A stretch of DNA of 32,296 bases from a bacterium (GCA_024278215.1 JAJRTR010000014.1:1-32296), one strand, 5' to 3'. Numbered from the stretch's first letter, positions 1 through 9,811 are shown. Notes: a model not told the origin generated them from the sequence alone. Numbers and translations: made by a program.

Positions 1-2
1 GT

Positions 3-233
3 TCCGACCTGAACGCGATACTCGACGACTCGACGATTTCCGGACCCGGCATATATCTCGAAAAACCCGTTACCGCTACGTCTTACGTAAATGCCGTCAA
101 GAAGACACTCGGCCTGAAAGTGGAAGAAAAAGAAGATGACCCGGTGAAGTTGAAAGAAGAACTCGCGAATCAGCTCAGGAACACCGACCCTGAAACGCTC
201 AAGAAGATGCTCGACCTTCTGAAAAATGACTGA
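3..233 (+). CDS. 3' end of a gene (partial); probably the C-terminal part of a response-regulator receiver domain protein
   Basis: Open frame from the window edge: SDLNAILDDSTISGPGIYLEKPVTATSYVNAVKKTLG...LKND, TGA 231-233; YLEKPV resembles the receiver beta5 YLxKP motif. Confidence 0.5.
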   Translation, partial: SDLNAILDDSTISGPGIYLEKPVTATSYVNAVKKTLGLKVEEKEDDPVKLKEELANQLRNTDPETLKKMLDLLKND

Positions 234-247
234 CGGCGGTTGTGGGG

Positions 248-958
248 TTATTCGCCGGTTGCCCGGCTTCGGGGATTTCGCTCATTGTGTTGCTCAAAAC
301 GTTTCGCGATAATCCTTATTAAAATCGACAGAAGGACGACACCGACTATCATGCTGATAGACAGCATGAACTCGGGGCGAAGCAGATCGTTCAGACTCGA
401 CAGTTTCGAGAAGGCGTTGCCGAGATACACGTGAGCGAATATTCCGGGAATGACGGCGAGCATTGTGGCCAGCATATATGTGCGAAAAGAAATATCGCAT
501 AACCCCGCCACGTAACTCAGAGGATCATAAGGCATTATCATACGCATATAGAAAACTACCGAGAAACCTTCATTCATCAGCAGCTTGTCGATCTTCGACA
601 TTCTATCTCCGAGAATCTTAACCACAAAATCGCGTCCGAGAAATCGAGCAAGGAAATACGCCAGGATCGCACTTGTGATCGATCCGATATAGACATACAG
701 GAACCCGTGCCACACGCCGAACGCAAGCCCGCCGACTACCATGAAGATGCTCGCCGGAAACATCACCAGCGGTCTGAGCGTATACAAAAGGATGAATATA
801 TATGGTGAAAGCACACCGAACGACAGTATCCACCCTTTTATATTTTCGGGCGCAATTTCACTGATGTCATATTTAAAGAGCATGAATCCCACAAGACATG
901 TGAGCACTATAATAACCGCTGCTTTTGTGAGAGGATTGTTTCCTTTATTCTCGTCCAT
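248..958 (-). CDS. TVP38/TMEM64 (DedA/SNARE-associated) family membrane protein
   Basis: 236 aa, multiple hydrophobic segments; motifs LRPLVMFPASIFMVVGGLAFG, LAYFLARFLGR, RMIMPYDPLSYVAGL. Confidence 0.9.
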   Translation of the reverse strand: MDENKGNNPLTKAAVIIVLTCLVGFMLFKYDISEIAPENIKGWILSFGVLSPYIFILLYTLRPLVMFPASIFMVVGGLAFGVWHGFLYVYIGSITSAILAYFLARFLGRDFVVKILGDRMSKIDKLLMNEGFSVVFYMRMIMPYDPLSYVAGLCDISFRTYMLATMLAVIPGIFAHVYLGNAFSKLSSLNDLLRPEFMLSISMIVGVVLLSILIRIIAKRFEQHNERNPRSRATGE

Positions 959-1130
959 ATATCTTGATGTACGTTCCTTTGCTAGTTGTTTATTTGTGAT
1001 TCAATACATTTCCGATGTTCACATTCTACACTCACTTTTGCACAAAACCAAACAATAATAAAGGCGTTTGATCCACGCCCCGGCAGGAGCGATAAACCCC
1101 GGATTTGTGATCGGATCACAGGTTCACACA

Positions 1131-2108
1131 TTATTTCTTTTTGACAAGATTGATTGTATTTGACTTATTGAAACCGACCCGGACAGCCGAATGCTTCTGC
1201 TCCAGCACATCGCCTGATATCTGTATATGAAGCGGCTTGTTGAAAGAACAGTCGAGCACCATATCCGTGTCTACCTCGTAGTCGAACATAATGCGATTCG
1301 GTTTTCTTGTAAAAACCCATTTTGTGAATTTGAATACAGTCGGCATCAGGAGCGCGCCGAAAAGAACGAAACGTATATGCGCGTTACCTTTCACCGCAAG
1401 CGGATAAGGTCTGAAACCGTAGCCTACAAAAGGAATCGCCGATATACCGCCGCCCTCGTGGCGGCCGTGATGGATGTGCTCGCCGTCTCGGTCGATGTCG
1501 AGATCGTAATTCTCGTCGTTTCTCCTGAAAACAGGATTATAAAGTTTTCTCCCGAACGAATATCTCAACACGGCCCAAATATAGCCGATGATGCCCTTCA
1601 ACTTCTGAGCCTGGTACATCTCGATGATCTCGCCGTCCGCCCCGAAACTTGTGAAATGAGAGAGTTCTCTTCTGTCTCCCGCCGTCACCTCGAGCAGGGT
1701 CAGTTTTTCGGTCGCATACTCTCCTGCACAAAAGTGATCGAGTGCTTCCGCCACAGACCTGAAGCCCGAACAGTAAGATATCGCGTTTCCGCTTCCGCCC
1801 TTGAGAAATAGCAGGTCGGGAGCGTAGTCCGACCGCCGCGCCGATGTTTTCAGTGCGTCGAGCCGGTTGAAAAACAACGCCGCGAAACCATCACCGCCAT
1901 GAACGGCGACTTTTCCGACATCTTCGCTGATCAAGCGGTTGATAATCGCATCAAGGCTGTCGATCGAACCTGTGTTTTCGATACGGTATTCGTTAGCCGA
2001 AGCCCCTGCGCCAAGGGCGTCTTCCACCATTTTTTGAAACTTTCCGGTCTTTTCTTCAATGTTATATTTCCCTGACTTTGTGCTGTTGACAATTACAATA
2101 TCGGTCAT
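1131..2108 (-). CDS. Diacylglycerol/lipid kinase family (DAGK_cat) protein
   Basis: VHGGDG and LKGGSGNA motifs, SFGADG, C-terminal QISGD; ATG at 2108 (MTDIVIVNSTKSGK) preferred over the ORF-track start at 2243. Confidence 0.8.
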   Translation of the reverse strand: MTDIVIVNSTKSGKYNIEEKTGKFQKMVEDALGAGASANEYRIENTGSIDSLDAIINRLISEDVGKVAVHGGDGFAALFFNRLDALKTSARRSDYAPDLLFLKGGSGNAISYCSGFRSVAEALDHFCAGEYATEKLTLLEVTAGDRRELSHFTSFGADGEIIEMYQAQKLKGIIGYIWAVLRYSFGRKLYNPVFRRNDENYDLDIDRDGEHIHHGRHEGGGISAIPFVGYGFRPYPLAVKGNAHIRFVLFGALLMPTVFKFTKWVFTRKPNRIMFDYEVDTDMVLDCSFNKPLHIQISGDVLEQKHSAVRVGFNKSNTINLVKKK

Positions 2109-2366
2109 CGTTTCATCATCTTTCAAGTTGTATTTACCTGTATAATATCCACATGGATGATGATAATTCGACACACCCTGAAAGGAAAATTGCCCGGACA
2201 TTATGAAAAGGCCGAAGCTTTCGCGGGGAAAAAATGGCAGCACAAACGGTCAATATTTTTTGGAATTGTGTAAATGGTCAACCAAGCTTGATATTTTGTG
2301 CCTGTGAATACAGGGGCAGGTACTTTATAATAGTAAAAAGCAGTGCAGAAAAAAACATGGACAAAC

Positions 2367-2990
2367 ATGCTGCCATCGGGTGAAAAGATATCTGTTGTTA
2401 TGCCGGCATACAATGAGGAGGCCGGTATCGGCGGCGTGATCGAATCATTCGTCGCGCTCGGATATATCGACGAGATTGTGGTCGTCGACAACAATTCCAC
2501 AGATTCCACCGCCCGCATCGCTGCAAAGTTGGGTGCACGTGTGGTTGTCGAGCCGCGGCGGGGTTACGGCAGCGCGTGCATAAGAGCCCTGAACGAAGCG
2601 ATGACAGACATTGTGGTGCTGGTCGAATCCGAAGGCACATTCGACGCTGCGGACCTCGGCATACTCCTAACCCATTTGCAATATGCGGATGTCGTTTCAG
2701 GCAGCCGCATACACAGCCGGTGCAATAAACCCGGCGCAGATATGACATGGTACAAGATACTCGGAAATAGAGCGCTCGGCGCACTCGCAACATTGCTTTA
2801 CGGCAACAAGTACATGCTCGACGATATCGGTTCCAGTTATGTGGTCGCGAGAAAAGAAATCGTTGATAAAGTAAAGGAAAAACTCCGGGTGACGGACTCA
2901 TCGTTTTCGGCTGAACTCTACATCGGTCTTATCGGTAGCGGTGCGAGCATAAAACAGGTTCCAATTTCATACGGCCCCAGAATCGGCTAG
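2367..2990 (+). CDS. GT2 glycosyltransferase (DPM1/polyprenol-phosphate glycosyltransferase-like); frame continues past an in-frame TAG to TGA 3093-3095
   Basis: ISVVMPAYNEE, VVDNNSTDST, RRGYGSA, VSGSR; ends YGPRIG* followed in frame by SKLSKSHIDSLMIGIKHF... Confidence 0.88.
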   Translation: MLPSGEKISVVMPAYNEEAGIGGVIESFVALGYIDEIVVVDNNSTDSTARIAAKLGARVVVEPRRGYGSACIRALNEAMTDIVVLVESEGTFDAADLGILLTHLQYADVVSGSRIHSRCNKPGADMTWYKILGNRALGALATLLYGNKYMLDDIGSSYVVARKEIVDKVKEKLRVTDSSFSAELYIGLIGSGASIKQVPISYGPRIG

Positions 2991-3262
2991 AGCAAATTAT
3001 CGAAATCTCACATTGACAGCCTGATGATAGGAATAAAACATTTCCGGCATATTTTCTCCAATATACTAAGATACGGAAAACATCACCCCTCGTGATCGAT
3101 TCGTTCGAGCCGGCCAACAATGAGTTGGTTCTGTTTACTGTGCCGAGAAAAAATAAATCTATGTTCCATCATTGGATATGGTCTTTATTGAATGGGAAAG
3201 CCAAGTATGATACCATGAACAAGCATCGGCGGTAATATCTCAGCCGGGGTGCAGGAGTGCAG

Positions 3263-4033
3263 ATGAAGAGTGAGAACAACCGGCAGAGGACGTCACTTAT
3301 CAGCATCGCAGATGTGCTGAAAACGGGTGACCGCATGAGTACGCAGGACAGTGGTGTACTCGGTTTCCTGGTGCCCGGTTTTGAAATCGCTGTAAGTGTG
3401 CTTCCAGCGTCACACCAGGGGGGCGATGTTTACGGGATAATTTTTCTCGGACAGAGCAGGACTGCTGTTTTCATCGGCGATGTGGCGGGCCATGATTTTT
3501 CTTCGTCTATTCTCGCTACAAGCGTCATTGATTATTTCGAAAAGAATATGGAAGATTTGCAGTTCCCAAATATTTTTTATAAAAAGGCGAACCGGGACCT
3601 TTACCGCAGTTTTTCTTCGGTCGGTCGTTTTTTCACGACGGCTTTGTGCGTGCTGGATGCAGAAAACAGTATGGTGACTTACTCGAGCGCAGGCCACCCG
3701 CCTGCCCTGATATTCCGCAGTGGAGATAACGGTAAGATCGAAGCTATTGGTGAAAAAATGTTGCCGATCGGTTTTGAAAAAGAACTTTCATTTCCCCTGA
3801 CAGACACACACTTCGGGCCGGGAGACAGGATTATGATGTACACAGATGGCATATCTTCCGGTCGCAACAGCGACAACGAGGAGTTCGGTATGGACCGCAT
3901 TGCGGCTTCTTCGTCAAAATGCGACGGCGCCCGCCCAAGTGTCAAGTCGCTTCTTTCCGCTCATGATGAATTCTGCCTGGACACACCGGAAATAGATGAT
4001 CGTACAATAATTTGTGTAATGCGAAAAGATTAG
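3263..4033 (+). CDS. Stand-alone SpoIIE/RsbU-like PP2C (PPM) protein phosphatase
   Basis: GGDVY, IGDVAGH, SAGHPP, YTDGI, DDRTI motifs with the metal-binding Asp residues present; AGGAG RBS at 3253-3257. Confidence 0.9.
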   Translation: MKSENNRQRTSLISIADVLKTGDRMSTQDSGVLGFLVPGFEIAVSVLPASHQGGDVYGIIFLGQSRTAVFIGDVAGHDFSSSILATSVIDYFEKNMEDLQFPNIFYKKANRDLYRSFSSVGRFFTTALCVLDAENSMVTYSSAGHPPALIFRSGDNGKIEAIGEKMLPIGFEKELSFPLTDTHFGPGDRIMMYTDGISSGRNSDNEEFGMDRIAASSSKCDGARPSVKSLLSAHDEFCLDTPEIDDRTIICVMRKD

Positions 4034-4053
4034 ATATATAATGGCCGCCGGTA

Positions 4054-6777
4054 GTGAAGGCAACAATACGGTGGTTGGAGGAACAACAATCCGTGCAAGA
4101 CATGAATCCGCTCAAGAAGTTTGCAAACAGGGCTGTAAACAACGCCTTCGATTTCCTGATGAAAGTTCAGGATGTGCCGAAGGAAAGATATAAATTCTAC
4201 GCAATCGGAAACAGCCATCTCGACGCTGCATGGCGCTGGCGTGTTGTGCAGACACAGAGCAAGGCGAAACACACATTCAAAAATGCACTCCGGCACATCG
4301 CTCTTCATGAAGCATTTACCTTTTCGCAATCGCAACCAGCATTCTATGAATGGATGAAGGACCGGCACCCGGTAATCTTCAGGGCGATCCAGGATCAGGT
4401 AAAGTCAAAACACTGGGAACTTGTCGGCGGGATGTGGGTCGAGCCCGACCTCAACATGCCCGACGGCGAAAGTCTCGTGCGCCAGCGCCTCTACGGGCAG
4501 CGTTTCTATCTCGACCACTTCGGTCGCATCAGCGAAGTCGAGTGGATGCCCGATACATTCGGGTTCGCGCACTCGCTGCCCCAGATATTTGCAAAAAGCG
4601 GCGCGAAATATTTCTGGACATCGAAACTCCTGTGGAACGACACGACCAGGTTTCCTTTTAGTACTTTTAAATGGAAGAGTCCCGACGGAAGCGAGGTTCT
4701 GGTGAACATAAGCCCGATACAGGGCCTGTCGTTCGCAAACATGAGCAACTTTAAAAAGCGCAACCGGCTCGTGCACTTCAACGAAAAACTCGAAGCTTGT
4801 TATGCCTCACGCCCCGGCGACATCCGCAATAAAATGTCGCCAGACATCATCCCCGAAATCGGCGTTTTCTACGGGCTGGGCGACGGTGGCGGTGGTCCCA
4901 ACGAGATCGAAATCGAGATCGGTCGCATACTCAGGGAGCGTGGTGTCGTCGAAGTTTCGCTCGCAAAAGATTTTTTCGACCGGCTTGCCGCCCACGAGAA
5001 ACGCCTGCCGGTGTGGAACGACGAACTCTATCTCGAGTACCATCGCGGCTGTCTCACTACGCAGGCATGGATCAAAAACGCCAACCGGCGGGCCGAGATC
5101 GCCCTGCGAAACGCTGAGATTATACACTCGATGAATTCTCTGTTCAGCAAACCCTATCCGGGCGAAATTCTCAGAGCAAACTGGAAGATTCTGCTATTCA
5201 ATCAATTCCACGACATACTGCCCGGCAGCAGCATTCCCGAAGTGTACGAAGACGCGCGCGACGATTTCGACAGCCTGTTTGCATCGACTTACCGGCTGAT
5301 TCAGGACGGTATAAAATCGATCGGAAAGTTCATCAATACTATAAATGACAAACTGCCGGATACTACTCCACTTATTGTATATAATCCCGTCTCCTGGCCG
5401 CGTTCGACCACCGCGTTTCTGCGGCTCGACGACAACGAAAAGAATGTCGCGGTCTTCGACACAACCGGCAGGGCGGTTCCTTCTCAGGAAATGAACCTGA
5501 ACGGTCAGCGCGCGCTCGCTATCACTTCGTCGGATGTGCCGGACCTCGGGTATCGCACCTACTATATGAAGCCCGACAGCGACGACAGTTCTGCATTCGA
5601 CAATCTGCCCGATATGGCTACAGTGCAGGAAGACGGCTCTATTGCGCTCGAAAACGACCTGCTTAAAGCAATTGTAGACGGCGTTACCGGCTGCGTAACG
5701 AGTCTTGTTGACAAACGGACGGGTTTCGAAACGCTCGCCGGACCCGCTAACCACCTGCGGCTATATAGAGACGAAAGCCCGATATTTCCTGCATGGAATA
5801 TTGACAGGAACTACAAGAAGAAAGAAATAAAACTGGACCTGCCGACCGAGCCGCCGCGCATTTTCGCCAACGGGCCGGTCGCGGCGACTGTCGAAGTCGA
5901 TCTGCCGCTAAACAAGTCGGAAGCACGAGCGCGTATTACTATATTCAGGTCACGTCCGCTGCTAATGTTCGAAATGAAGATCGACTGGCACGAGAAAAAA
6001 GCTATCCTGAAATCGGAATTCAACACATCTATAAAGACAGAAACAGTCGCAAGCGATGTGCCCTACGCGGCAATCGAAAGGCCCACCCATCCACGCTATC
6101 CTGCCCAGAAAGCGCAGTGGGAGCTACCCTGCCAGAAGTGGATCGATCTCAGCGACGGCAGAAACGGTGTCGCACTCGTCAACCAGGACAAATACGGTTT
6201 CTCCGTGGCAGACGAAACAATCGCTCTGACGCTACTGAGGGCGCCGGTTTATCCAAAACCTATATTCGACGCATGGGGCCTGCGCCCCAAAGATGAGCGC
6301 CCGAAATATACAGACCAGGGCATACACCGCATCAGGTACGCACTATATCCTCACACCGGCGACTGGCGCGAGGGCCGCGTCTGGCAGCTCGCCCACGAAT
6401 TCTGCGACACTCTCCTTGTCGTGCGTTCCGACCATCATCGTGGAATATTGCCCCGTGAAGCCACCGCACTCTCATGCCGCAGTCGCAGCACTTATGTCGG
6501 CGCAATAAAACGACCCGAAGACAACCCTGACAAAGCAGATACTAAATACCACCAGATAGTTGTCCGCCTCGTCGAAGCCGCCGGTCATCCGGACACCGTA
6601 ACGCTCAAATTCGGCACCCAGATGACCATCACAGACGTTAAAGAAACCGACCTTCTCGAATTCAGCGTCAACCCCATTAAAGGTGATACACGTGACGGCG
6701 AAGTCGACATCCGAATGATGCCCCACGAAATAAAAACCGTCAAAATCACGCTGGTGGAGAATCGCTTTATTGATTGA
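4054..6777 (+). CDS. Alpha-mannosidase, glycoside hydrolase family 38
   Basis: NSHLDAAWRW, GGMWVEPD, nucleophile motif WMPDTFG, GDGGGGP, ELYLEYHRG, NQFHDILPGSSI; exact start uncertain (4054/4093/4102). Confidence 0.95.
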   Translation: MKATIRWLEEQQSVQDMNPLKKFANRAVNNAFDFLMKVQDVPKERYKFYAIGNSHLDAAWRWRVVQTQSKAKHTFKNALRHIALHEAFTFSQSQPAFYEWMKDRHPVIFRAIQDQVKSKHWELVGGMWVEPDLNMPDGESLVRQRLYGQRFYLDHFGRISEVEWMPDTFGFAHSLPQIFAKSGAKYFWTSKLLWNDTTRFPFSTFKWKSPDGSEVLVNISPIQGLSFANMSNFKKRNRLVHFNEKLEACYASRPGDIRNKMSPDIIPEIGVFYGLGDGGGGPNEIEIEIGRILRERGVVEVSLAKDFFDRLAAHEKRLPVWNDELYLEYHRGCLTTQAWIKNANRRAEIALRNAEIIHSMNSLFSKPYPGEILRANWKILLFNQFHDILPGSSIPEVYEDARDDFDSLFASTYRLIQDGIKSIGKFINTINDKLPDTTPLIVYNPVSWPRSTTAFLRLDDNEKNVAVFDTTGRAVPSQEMNLNGQRALAITSSDVPDLGYRTYYMKPDSDDSSAFDNLPDMATVQEDGSIALENDLLKAIVDGVTGCVTSLVDKRTGFETLAGPANHLRLYRDESPIFPAWNIDRNYKKKEIKLDLPTEPPRIFANGPVAATVEVDLPLNKSEARARITIFRSRPLLMFEMKIDWHEKKAILKSEFNTSIKTETVASDVPYAAIERPTHPRYPAQKAQWELPCQKWIDLSDGRNGVALVNQDKYGFSVADETIALTLLRAPVYPKPIFDAWGLRPKDERPKYTDQGIHRIRYALYPHTGDWREGRVWQLAHEFCDTLLVVRSDHHRGILPREATALSCRSRSTYVGAIKRPEDNPDKADTKYHQIVVRLVEAAGHPDTVTLKFGTQMTITDVKETDLLEFSVNPIKGDTRDGEVDIRMMPHEIKTVKITLVENRFID

Positions 6778-6813
6778 TATTTTTCTTTACCGCTTTTTGA
6801 ATTCATGCGATTA

Positions 6814-7908
6814 TCACTGCAACATCGCACCGCCGCGGATGCGCTGGAGAAGCATTCGGGCTTCACTCGCGATGCGGCCCGTGGTGTCGGCGTTTATCAC
6901 CCATTGAAGATAAGACACAGCCGTCTGCTTGTCGCGTGCCCTGAACGCGGCAATGCGGGCAATGTCCATGCAGGCTCTATGGGAGAGTGGGTTTTCCGGA
7001 TAGCGCTCGAGCATCTTGCGATATGCGGTCACTGCCATATCGAAATCCTGTGCTTTCGATGCGATACGCGCAACCTGCATCTGCTTCTCGGGCTCAAGCA
7101 CGACATGAGGCTCGGCTGCCATCAATGCACGGTATTCGACAGGAATTCCAGCGAAGTTCTTCTTTTCCGTTGCAGTTGCAAGTCTGCCGATAAACTTCTC
7201 TTCTCTGCTGATATTGGCGTATTCGCCTCTTTTAACTTTGTCGAAATTCGGCACAATTACGGCTCTTGTCGCTATAAGCAGATATAATATTCCCGCGCCG
7301 AAACCGAATCCGCCGATGTGTGCCCAGTGTGCCACGCCAACCCCGGCCCCGATCGTCGAAAGACCGTAATATACCTCGCGTGCGAACTGCAATCCGATGA
7401 AGAACAGCGCCGGCAACTGAAATGATACTATCGGGAATATTATAAAAATCAGAATTACTCTTACGCTCGAACGCGGGAACAACACAAAATATGCGCCGGT
7501 GATTCCGAATACCGCACCGGACGCACCGATCATCGGCACATCCGCGCCCGCGCCCATCGATGTGGATGCCCAGTGCAGCAGGCCGGCGCATATTCCGCAC
7601 ACGAGATAGAAGGGCACGAATGCTACCGGCCCCATAAGGTCTTCGACATTGTTTCCGAACAGCCACAGAAACAGCATGTTGAAAACTATGTGCAGATGCA
7701 GGAAGCCGGGACTGTGAAGAAATTGATATGTTATCAGGGTGAGAAATGACGGATCAGACGGAACAAAGCCGTACTCGCCGATGAATTCGCTGTAGTTGCC
7801 GCTTCGTATGCTGCCCATGTATACAATGACATTCAGTATAATAATTGTAACAGTAACATAGGGGAATCTCCGTGTGGGATTATTTGTTCCGAACGGCAGC
7901 AGAAACAT
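6814..7908 (-). CDS. Rhomboid family intramembrane serine protease with C-terminal TPR-like region
   Basis: YQFLH...HIVFNMLFLWLFGNNVED, catalytic GASGA and AHIGGF; C-terminal helical repeats (YRKMLERYP). Confidence 0.92.
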   Translation of the reverse strand: MFLLPFGTNNPTRRFPYVTVTIIILNVIVYMGSIRSGNYSEFIGEYGFVPSDPSFLTLITYQFLHSPGFLHLHIVFNMLFLWLFGNNVEDLMGPVAFVPFYLVCGICAGLLHWASTSMGAGADVPMIGASGAVFGITGAYFVLFPRSSVRVILIFIIFPIVSFQLPALFFIGLQFAREVYYGLSTIGAGVGVAHWAHIGGFGFGAGILYLLIATRAVIVPNFDKVKRGEYANISREEKFIGRLATATEKKNFAGIPVEYRALMAAEPHVVLEPEKQMQVARIASKAQDFDMAVTAYRKMLERYPENPLSHRACMDIARIAAFRARDKQTAVSYLQWVINADTTGRIASEARMLLQRIRGGAMLQ

Positions 7909-7927
7909 ATCGTCAGTTCAGCCTTTC

Positions 7928-8094
7928 GAGCCAATTGCAAAAAGTGGGTATCCACATCACTCAAGTCAGAACTTTATGTTGTGTGCATGACGACGAAATA
8001 GTGACGAGATATTGTGGCTACCGTAATCAAACGGATACACCACTTTGCGCGATTATGCCCGACTTCGCGTCGAACATAATTTTGCAACTGGCTT
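7928..8094. repeat. Variant copy of the GAGCCAATTGCAAAA-terminated hairpin repeat/MITE with a replaced interior
   Basis: Inverted termini GAGCCAATTGCAAAA ... TTTTGCAACTGGCTT; last ~33 bp match the end of the 17379-17556 copy. Confidence 0.75.
7946..8041. mobile_element. Putative miniature element made of two IS1595-like ends, nested in the repeat above
   Basis: GGGTATCCACATCACTCAAGTCAG ... TACCGTAATCAAACGGATACACC inverted ends, related to 22881-22903; family assignment is from recall of IS1595-type ends. Confidence 0.45.
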
Positions 8095-8304
8095 TTTTCA
8101 TCGTTTTGATTAATATGAATATATATCTTAGCTTGTGCGTTTTCAAACATTTGCCTGATTACCATTGGTTGCTCCGTGGACACATACGCAACGCAGTAGA
8201 GCCGATTGCAAAATCCGGATTATGCTTATGTGATAGATGCTTCCCTATACATGGAAATGGAAAATCTCTATAATATCCTTGCAAATGAATTGTGAGGGCT
8301 GATA

Positions 8305-9339
8305 ATGTCGGAACTTAGACGCGACCCTGTGCTGGGCCGCTGGGTGATAATATCAACAGAACGGGCAGGGAGGCCGACGGATTTCGAGCCGGCGAAACCG
8401 CGTCCGCCGGGTGGCTTCTGTGCCTTCTGTCCGGGCAATGAAGATAAAACGCCACCGGAAATACTTGCCCTGCGTGAACCGGGGACTGCCCCGAATACCG
8501 AGGGCTGGCGTATTCGCGTAGTCTCCAACAAGTATCCCGCCCTGGCCATAGAGGGGGAGCTCAACAAAAAGGCGCGCGGTATTTACGATATAATGAACGG
8601 GGTCGGAGCGCACGAAGTTTTTATCGAAAGTTCGGATCATAAAAAGACAATATCCACGATAAGCAGTAGCAATATGCGTGAGTTGATGTGGGCCTACAGG
8701 CAAAGGCTCATCGACCTGGAGGGCGACGAGCGTCTGAAATACATTCTGATTTTCAGGAACGCGGGCGTTGCTGCCGGGGCCTCCCTGTCTCATCCTCACT
8801 CGCAGCTTATTGCGACACCTATTGTTCCAAAACGAATAACGGAGGAACTCAGCGGCGCGCAGGCTTATCTGGATTTCAAAGACCGTTGCGTTTTCTGCGA
8901 CATGATCGACGAGGAACTTGATTTCGGTAAGCGCATCGTCGAAAATAATGAACACTTTGTAGGATTCACGCCTTTCGCCGCGAGGTTTCCGTTCGAGATG
9001 TGGATTCTGCCGCGAAAGCATCAGGCGAATTTCCACAACCTGACCGATGAGCAGATGCCTTTTCTCGCGGATTGTCTCCAGAACTGCATCAAGCGGCTCG
9101 ACACAGCTTTGGAGTTCCCGCCGTATAATTACATACTGCATACTTCGCCTTGTAATACAGATCGGGAATATCATTTCCACTGGCACATCGAGATACTTCC
9201 GCGCCTCACGCATGTCGCCGGATTCGAGTGGGGAAGCGGCTTCTATGTCAACCCGACTTCTCCCGAGAATTCGGCGGAGATACTGCGGGAAGTAGAATTG
9301 GGCGAAAGGAATAACGGAGAAACGGATGCCTATGAGTGA
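8305..9339 (+). CDS. galT: Galactose-1-phosphate uridylyltransferase (GalT family)
   Basis: MSELRRDP...RAGRP, CAFCPGNE, NKYPAL, catalytic GASLSHPHSQ, CVFCD, HWHIEI, AGFEWGSG. Confidence 0.95.
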   Translation: MSELRRDPVLGRWVIISTERAGRPTDFEPAKPRPPGGFCAFCPGNEDKTPPEILALREPGTAPNTEGWRIRVVSNKYPALAIEGELNKKARGIYDIMNGVGAHEVFIESSDHKKTISTISSSNMRELMWAYRQRLIDLEGDERLKYILIFRNAGVAAGASLSHPHSQLIATPIVPKRITEELSGAQAYLDFKDRCVFCDMIDEELDFGKRIVENNEHFVGFTPFAARFPFEMWILPRKHQANFHNLTDEQMPFLADCLQNCIKRLDTALEFPPYNYILHTSPCNTDREYHFHWHIEILPRLTHVAGFEWGSGFYVNPTSPENSAEILREVELGERNNGETDAYE

Positions 9340-9811
9340 ACTAAGCCACATCGACGAAAAAGGACGCGCGTCCATGGTGGATGTCTCGGCGAAAGAGCGC
9401 ACGGCGCGCCGTGCTGTTGTATCCGGCGAAGTGCTGCTGAGGCCTGATGTGCTGGCGATGATTATTGAAGGGAATATGCCGAAGGGCGACGTCTTTCAGG
9501 TGGCGCGCATCGCAGGAATCCAGGCCGCGAAAAAAACCGCCGACCTGATTCCTCTTTGCCACCCGCTTTCGGTTACCAACATAACAATCGAGTTCAGCCC
9601 TGTTGAAGACAGCGGCCTGATAAGAATCACAGCGGAAGTGCGTGCCATGGACAGAACCGGCGTCGAGATGGAAGCGCTGACTGCCGCATCCGTCGCGGCC
9701 CTTACGATCTATGACATGTGCAAAGCAGTCCAGCGCGACATCCGCGTCGGCCCGTTTGTGCTCGAAGAAAAAGAAGGCGGCAAGAGCGGCCACTACAAAC
9801 GCAATGCCTGA
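9326..9811 (+). CDS. moaC: Cyclic pyranopterin monophosphate synthase MoaC
   Basis: LSHID...MVDVSAK, KGDV...ARIAGIQAAKKT..LIPLCHP, TGVEMEALT, YDMCKAV, KEGGKSG; overlaps the galT stop. Confidence 0.97.
   Translation: MPMSELSHIDEKGRASMVDVSAKERTARRAVVSGEVLLRPDVLAMIIEGNMPKGDVFQVARIAGIQAAKKTADLIPLCHPLSVTNITIEFSPVEDSGLIRITAEVRAMDRTGVEMEALTAASVAALTIYDMCKAVQRDIRVGPFVLEEKEGGKSGHYKRNA

Noticed and set aside
8353..9402. Long antisense ORFs (e.g. 8353..9402, 23503..24522, 25390..26625, 27693..28610, 31426..32070)
   Set aside because: Shadow frames of well-supported genes on the opposite strand, with no recognisable motifs
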